Of a stretch of DNA of 64,000 bases, positions 58,774-64,000 are shown piece after piece. The translations under genes were made by a program, and so were the position numbers. Each line of letters begins with the position of its first letter. The first letter of the stretch is position 1. This DNA comes from an uncultured Trueperaceae bacterium (GTDB lineage: Bacteria > Deinococcota > Deinococci > Deinococcales > Trueperaceae): positions 71,499-135,498 of the forward strand of contig CAVSGP010000014.1 in the NCBI GenBank assembly GCA_963727505.1, in the 5' to 3' direction. A model generated the notes under the pieces. It saw nothing but the letters and a program-made list of their open reading frames with translations. It was not told the DNA's origin and searched no databases.

Positions 58774-61700
58774 TCAGAGGGGGATGGTCGCATGCGTCGT
58801 GACGTCGATGTCCGGCAGGTGCGAGACGTGCGCCGTCAGGCGCATGGTGCCGGAGAACTGGAGCGGGCTGGGTGCAGTGAGCTGTCCCTCGGCACGGACC
58901 GAGGCGCTGACCGACAGGTGAGCGTCGCCACAGCTTCCGCCGGCGCTGGCGGTACCCCAGGCGTCGATGGTGCCGAGCATGTGACTCGTGTTGTCGGGCT
59001 CGAGGTACACGCTCAGCCCGCCGCCGTAGCCGAAGCTGGCGTCGGCCCAGACATGGTAGTCGCAGACGGCGGCACTTCCGCGCTTGTCGTAGCGCCAGGC
59101 GAAGCCGTACTGGCCGTTGACGAAGATGCCCTTGGAGCCCACCGGGATGTTCGGATCGACCACACCGGCGCGTGGCACCTTGCCGGCCACCAGGTAGCCG
59201 GCCTTGATAGAGGGGATGACGTAGATGCTGATGGGATTGCTGTAGGTCCCGATCGCCAGGTAGTACTGGCTCTCCTTCCAGGAGGCGACGAGCTCGGCCA
59301 GGCCGGACACGCTCACCATCTTGAGGCCCGCGGCGTCGATCTCGAGGGGCTTCAACCCGCTGCAGCTGAAGCCCTGTATCCCGGTTGCGACCGGTCCGGC
59401 GCAGAGGGTCGCGGTGATGGCGTCGGCGTTGATGGTGAAGTTGCCGGCGAGGTTCGGTGGAGCGCCGGCGTCGACGCCTTGGGCCAGGGTCTTCATGGTC
59501 CACCCCTGGCCGGCGATGGTGAGGTTCTTCGAGGCGTTGAGCACCAGGTCGCCCTTGAGGTGCCACAGCAGGCCGTACGTGGCGCTGTCCGTGGACTGGT
59601 CGATGTAGCCGATGACGGTGCCCGCCAGGAAGTTGAAGGGGTCGGTCGAGTCGACGCAGGCGCCGGCGTGAGCCAGCACGCTGGGCAGCTTGCCGTCCGG
59701 CAGGTAGCCGTCGTCGGCGCGACACGCCTGGTCGCCCTGGCCCAGGGTGGTGAGCTTGAGGTGGCTGCCCACGCCGCCCTCGAACTGGTAGAACGCCAGC
59801 ACCGGAGCCCCCTCGACCCTCACGATGATAGGCGTGCCCGCCTTTGCGAGATCGGTGGAGGCGTAGACGAACCAGTAGGGCGTGCCGCTGTGCTGGCCGA
59901 AGGTGCCGGCCACCCCGACGTTGAACTTGTCCTCGACGGTCATGCTGCCGCCACCGCTGAAGCGAACGTCGTCCGTCTGGAAGTCGACGGCGCCGCTCGC
60001 CGTCACCACGAAGCTGACGGGCGAGGCCTCTCCGCCGTCGAAGCCGAGGGTCACGCCCTCGAACTTCCAGCCGCGGTCGTGACCGGAGGAGACGTAGTAC
60101 CAGGACGGAGCGACGTCGGCCTTGACGCGACCGTCGATCGACAGGTTGCCCTTGAGGCCGATGCCGTACTCGCTTCCCTTGTGCTCGATGCCGATCTCGG
60201 CGCCCGCCCCCAGGTAGGGGAACTTCCCGATCTCCAGGGCCGGAACGTCGAGCAGGGTCTGCCAGGTGGCGCCGCCGAGCGACGCGTTGCCGTCGGCCGT
60301 GAAGGTCAGATTGTTGAGCAGCAGCTCGAGCTTGTACAGGTTGATGATGGTGTCGGCGGTGTCCTTGGCGTGGGTATAGGCGGTCTTGGCCTGGTCCGCC
60401 AGCCCCGCAGCGCTCGGCAACGAGCCCATGACGTTGTCGGCCGCGGTGGTGTCGAGCTTGGTGGGGTCGGACGCCCACTTCGAGGAGAGCGCCCAGACGG
60501 CGTTGGGGAAGGTGAGCTCGAGCGTCCCGTCCTGCGTACCGGGCACGAACCCGAACGTCCCCTGGCCGGCCAGCACGCCGCTATGCCCGAAGTCGTGGGC
60601 GACCGGTCCGGCGGTGGCGATGCGATACGCGGGGCGCCCGAAGCGGTCGTTGCGGTTCAGTGGCGTGATCGTCACCGGAACGTCCTCGTCGAACATCGGC
60701 AGCTGTACGGTCGCCACCGCGGGCTGCTTGTGGACGATGGCCGAGTCCACGAAGGCGAAGTGGGCCTTCTGGACGATGGTGAACGACCAGCCGCCCCATT
60801 TGAAGGGCCCGTGGTTGGCGCTGCCCCAGGGGCTGTCGTAGACGGTCTGGTAGCCGGCGCTGGTCCAGGCGACCTCCGCCTTGGCGGGCGCGGTCATGCT
60901 GTAGCTGGTCGTCACGTTGCGCACGCTGCCGGACATCAGATGCAACCACGTGTAGAAGTAGACGATCCCCGTCCAGCCCATGCTCGCTGGATCGATGGAG
61001 GGCGTGCGCCCGACGCTCGCCCAGCCCGAGTAGGCCTCCTGGGTGGCGAGCAGGCCGGGTGCGATGCCCGACTGGAGGTTGTAGTTGTTGGTGGTCGACA
61101 GGTCGATGGCCCCCATGAGCTGCTTGTTCATCAAGCCGCCGAAGGCCCAGCCGGTGGTCCCGATGGGCACGCCGTCGGTGTTCACGGCGAAGCCCAGGAT
61201 GAGGCCGTTGGTGGGGCCGAAACCGTGGTTGATCACGTGGCCGTCGAGCTGGAAGCCGGTTCCGGAGGGGAGCGTGCCGTGGCCGGTGAGGCCGGGATCG
61301 GCGTAGGTGCCGTAGCTGCCGAGCGTGAAGCCGGTGACGGTGATCTTCAGGCCCTCGAGCCGCAACGGCATCTTGATGTCGAGCGAGGACGGCGCCAGGT
61401 TGGCGTGGCCGCTGGTCACGGCGTCGTTGGTGTAGTTGAAGGCCGCGCTGAGGTGCTGGAAGGTGAAGGGCACCGGGCCCTGCTCGCGCCCGCCGACGAC
61501 CCAGCTCGGAAGGGTCGCCTCGCCGGAGAAGTCCTTCAACCCGTTCGGGTACGTGAAGGGAGCGGTGAGCTTGGTGACGTGGAGCACGAAACCGTTCTGG
61601 AAAGCGAGCACGGTAGGCGGCGTCATGGTGCCGTTGAGGTCGAACGAGTCGACGCGGAGGGCCTTTCCCCCGTCGACGGTCAGCATCAGCTTGAGCTGGT

Positions 61701-63828
61701 ACACGCGCCGTCCGAAGCCCTGGGCGAACACGTGGTCCACCGTGCTGGTGCCATCCACGGCGACGGTGAGCGGCGCGCTCTTGCCGTCGCCGAAGTCGAG
61801 GCTGTAGGAGATGCCGTTGCCGTTCGCCAGGCCGCCGACGGTGAGCGTCACGTCGTTGGTGGGGTGGCCGTTCTGGAAGAACCTGGGGAACGACGGCGTG
61901 ATGGTGTTGGCGAACGTTGTTCCGGGCAGCTGCTGCGTTGCGACCTGCTGCGTGGCGCCGCCGTGGACGAGGTACAGGGCCGCCACCGTGTACTTGAAGG
62001 TGTAGGCGTGGTGGAGCGTCAGCGCGCCGGACGCCGGCGCAGTGAAGGTGGTGGAGGTGTGGTCCCCGAAGGCGAGCTTGTAGCTGCCGCCCGACACGAG
62101 CTTGGACAGATCGATCGCGGCCGGCTGGCCGAACACGGTCTCCTTCTCGGGGAAGGCGATGGCGCCGCTGGCGGCGTACACGGTGAGGTGGACGCTGGCG
62201 CGGGACGCGCTTCCCGGCGTGCCGGGGTAGTAGGCCATCAGGCTGACGGTGAGAGGGCCCGGCGTGCGGGGCGCGAACTCCGACACCGTCGCGGCGCCGT
62301 TCTTCGGGGTCACCGCGACGGCGTTGGCAGTGTCGGTCCCGAACACCAGCCGGTACTGCACGCCGGCGATCAGCCCGGCGGCGTGGAAGTACAGTTCGTC
62401 GCCAGTGATGATGGGGCTCGTGGCGGGGTTGCCGGAGGCGTCGGTGCGCGTGAGCGTCTCGTTCCCCTGCGGCCAGGCGGCGGTGTAGGTGGTGCTGGCC
62501 CGGGGCTGCGGGCTGGCGCCGCCGTCGGCGGACAGCTGCAGCTTGAAGGTCCCCGCCGTGAACACGTCGGCGGTCACGGTAGCGGTGCCGGAGGTCGCGA
62601 CGAAGGACTTGCTGTTGTAGTCCCCGGTGAAGAGGAGCGTGTAGTCCACGCCCGGGACCAGGCCGCTGAGGTCGACCGTCATCTTCATGCCGCCGTGGGC
62701 CGTGTCGACTCCCGTCTGCTTGGCGCTGAGGGACTCGGTGGGTGGCGGAAGGGTCACGTTCAACGGCGCCACGGCGATGATCGTCGGGGTGCCCTGCTGG
62801 GCGAGCAGCAGCTTGACGGTGGCGGCGAGCTGGACCCCCTGGTAGACGTGCGTATCGGAGAGCGTCCCCTGGCTGTCCGCGGTCGCGCTGGTGGCCTTGC
62901 CGTCACCCCACTCGAGTCGGTAGGCGTAGCCCGCCACAAGGCCGCTGGCCTTGGCGGTGACGGTCTCGCCCACGGTGGGCTGAGCGGGGGTGAGGTTCAG
63001 CGTACCGCCGCTCTGGACGGTCACCAGCTGTTGCGCCAAGGGGGCGGAGGAGCCGCTGCTCGTCAGCGCCACCACGAAGTTGCCGGGGCGCTGGTAGGCG
63101 TGCAGGTAGCTGCCGCTGCCCGAGACGGCGGCCGTGGTGCCGTCCCCCCAATCGATGCTGCCGTTCCCGGTCAGTCCCTGGATGTCCGCGGTCACGGGCG
63201 AGCCGACCTTCACCGGGTTGGGCGACAGCTGCATGGACAGGGGCACCTGGCTGACCACGACCGACGCGCTGGCGTTGGGGATGGTGGTGCCGCCGGCCTG
63301 GAGGCGGATGAGGTAGCCGCCGACCGAGGTGTAAAGGTGCTGGAAGCTGCCGTTGCCGGCGCTAGCGGTGGTGGTGTTGTCGCCCCAGTCGATGGTGACG
63401 GTGCCGTGGACGCCGCTCAGGGCCGCCGTCACGGTGCCCCCGGGTGCCACCAGCGACGGGGTGGCTTTCACCGTAGGCGCTGCGTAGACGGTCACCGTTT
63501 GGCTCGCCAGCAACGTATTGAAGCCGCCGCCCTCCACGACCTTGATCGTGTAGGTGCCAGCGCTGGCGTAGGCGTGGGTGTTCGTCTGCGTATACACGTA
63601 CTGCTTGAGCGGGACGGTGTTGCCGTCGCCCCAGTCCAGCGTAGGCGCGACGTCGTAGTAGCCGTTCCAATCCGTGGTGGCCTTGACGTTGAGGCCGGCG
63701 TAGGTGGCGCTCGGGGTCAGGCTGAGTGTCGTGGTCTGGGCGTGGGCGAGCGACGGCAGCAGGAGCAGCGCAGCGAGCCAGGCGAGGCGAGCGAAGGTGG
63801 GGGCGGGTCGGTGGGTGAGGAGCCGCAT
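58774..63828 (-). CDS. 1684-aa secreted protein: about eight PKD/Ig-like repeats plus ~950-aa beta-rich C-terminal region
   Basis: Signal peptide (AHA|QT); DWGDG/EWGDG/DFGDG repeats with 'H.Y...G.Y'; C-terminal Gly/aromatic beta strands with Cys pairs. Confidence 0.85.
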   Translation of the reverse strand: MRLLTHRPAPTFARLAWLAALLLLPSLAHAQTTTLSLTPSATYAGLNVKATTDWNGYYDVAPTLDWGDGNTVPLKQYVYTQTNTHAYASAGTYTIKVVEGGGFNTLLASQTVTVYAAPTVKATPSLVAPGGTVTAALSGVHGTVTIDWGDNTTTASAGNGSFQHLYTSVGGYLIRLQAGGTTIPNASASVVVSQVPLSMQLSPNPVKVGSPVTADIQGLTGNGSIDWGDGTTAAVSGSGSYLHAYQRPGNFVVALTSSGSSAPLAQQLVTVQSGGTLNLTPAQPTVGETVTAKASGLVAGYAYRLEWGDGKATSATADSQGTLSDTHVYQGVQLAATVKLLLAQQGTPTIIAVAPLNVTLPPPTESLSAKQTGVDTAHGGMKMTVDLSGLVPGVDYTLLFTGDYNSKSFVATSGTATVTADVFTAGTFKLQLSADGGASPQPRASTTYTAAWPQGNETLTRTDASGNPATSPIITGDELYFHAAGLIAGVQYRLVFGTDTANAVAVTPKNGAATVSEFAPRTPGPLTVSLMAYYPGTPGSASRASVHLTVYAASGAIAFPEKETVFGQPAAIDLSKLVSGGSYKLAFGDHTSTTFTAPASGALTLHHAYTFKYTVAALYLVHGGATQQVATQQLPGTTFANTITPSFPRFFQNGHPTNDVTLTVGGLANGNGISYSLDFGDGKSAPLTVAVDGTSTVDHVFAQGFGRRVYQLKLMLTVDGGKALRVDSFDLNGTMTPPTVLAFQNGFVLHVTKLTAPFTYPNGLKDFSGEATLPSWVVGGREQGPVPFTFQHLSAAFNYTNDAVTSGHANLAPSSLDIKMPLRLEGLKITVTGFTLGSYGTYADPGLTGHGTLPSGTGFQLDGHVINHGFGPTNGLILGFAVNTDGVPIGTTGWAFGGLMNKQLMGAIDLSTTNNYNLQSGIAPGLLATQEAYSGWASVGRTPSIDPASMGWTGIVYFYTWLHLMSGSVRNVTTSYSMTAPAKAEVAWTSAGYQTVYDSPWGSANHGPFKWGGWSFTIVQKAHFAFVDSAIVHKQPAVATVQLPMFDEDVPVTITPLNRNDRFGRPAYRIATAGPVAHDFGHSGVLAGQGTFGFVPGTQDGTLELTFPNAVWALSSKWASDPTKLDTTAADNVMGSLPSAAGLADQAKTAYTHAKDTADTIINLYKLELLLNNLTFTADGNASLGGATWQTLLDVPALEIGKFPYLGAGAEIGIEHKGSEYGIGLKGNLSIDGRVKADVAPSWYYVSSGHDRGWKFEGVTLGFDGGEASPVSFVVTASGAVDFQTDDVRFSGGGSMTVEDKFNVGVAGTFGQHSGTPYWFVYASTDLAKAGTPIIVRVEGAPVLAFYQFEGGVGSHLKLTTLGQGDQACRADDGYLPDGKLPSVLAHAGACVDSTDPFNFLAGTVIGYIDQSTDSATYGLLWHLKGDLVLNASKNLTIAGQGWTMKTLAQGVDAGAPPNLAGNFTINADAITATLCAGPVATGIQGFSCSGLKPLEIDAAGLKMVSVSGLAELVASWKESQYYLAIGTYSNPISIYVIPSIKAGYLVAGKVPRAGVVDPNIPVGSKGIFVNGQYGFAWRYDKRGSAAVCDYHVWADASFGYGGGLSVYLEPDNTSHMLGTIDAWGTASAGGSCGDAHLSVSASVRAEGQLTAPSPLQFSGTMRLTAHVSHLPDIDVTTHATIPL

Positions 63829-64000
63829 CAGTCGCTACCTCCGAAGTCGTATCGAAGCCCGAGGCCGATCGTGGCCACCGAGCCGGTGTTGGCCGCGATG
63901 GCTGTGCGATAGCCGAGCTGCGTCTGCAGCGAAAGCGCCGCGAGCATGCGTAGCCGGGCCTTGAGGTCGGTCTTGACAGCCAGTGTCGGATTCGCCTGCA
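63828..64000 (-). CDS. C-terminal end of an upstream gene (partial), probable outer-membrane beta-barrel
   Basis: Not in ORF track. ...QANPTLAVKTDLKARLRMLAALSLQTQLGYRTAIAANTGSVATIGLGLRYDFGGSD*; alternating amphipathic strands, YxF beta-signal; TGATG overlap with the next gene. Confidence 0.6.
   Translation of the reverse strand, partial: QANPTLAVKTDLKARLRMLAALSLQTQLGYRTAIAANTGSVATIGLGLRYDFGGSD

Noticed and set aside
58492..63912. 1806-aa plus-strand ORF and other long antisense/alternate-frame ORFs (e.g. 3706-7023, 10395-12998, 27387-29483)
   Set aside because: Shadow ORFs expected from high-GC codon bias; they have no motifs and overlap well-supported genes.

Overview
High-GC bacterial chromosomal segment, most consistent with Deinococcota (Trueperaceae-like), judged from remembered protein similarity (e.g. 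a Thermus-type branched-chain 2-oxo-acid dehydrogenase E1) and from many TANNNT leaderless starts. Most of it is housekeeping or catabolic: a maltodextrin ABC/GH13 operon, prmC, lspA, large NAD-GDH, hemW, two tandem paralogous lipoproteins, a second sugar ABC system, an M23-fold protein, an AI-2E transporter, GAF-GGDEF, ftsK, GT4, peroxiredoxin, pfkB, asparaginase, mreD-mrdA-minC, thiolase, moaA, aroF-tyrA, modAB, purA, citrate synthase and a BCKDH operon. I found no tRNA, rRNA, IS element or CRISPR array. Highlights not in the ORF track or not explained by the gene calls: (1) a right-end operon encoding a putative outer-membrane beta-barrel (partial), a 1684-aa PKD-repeat/beta-rich secreted protein and a six-FN3 secreted protein, a candidate uncharacterised surface-assembly or export system; (2) an Ile/Leu/Val-rich leader ORF with rare CTA codons that runs through a terminator hairpin upstream of the BCKDH catabolic operon, a possible reverse-logic attenuator; (3) a leaderless Tyr/Phe-containing 33-aa leader peptide upstream of aroF-tyrA; (4) a perfect 36-bp duplication creating a relay mini-ORF between mreD and mrdA; (5) a decayed hemW 5' fragment marking the lipoprotein duplication, with a conserved DosR-like box; (6) a catalytically degenerate M23 protein and a membrane-anchored HRDC protein. 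All family assignments are by eye from motifs; no database searches were run.
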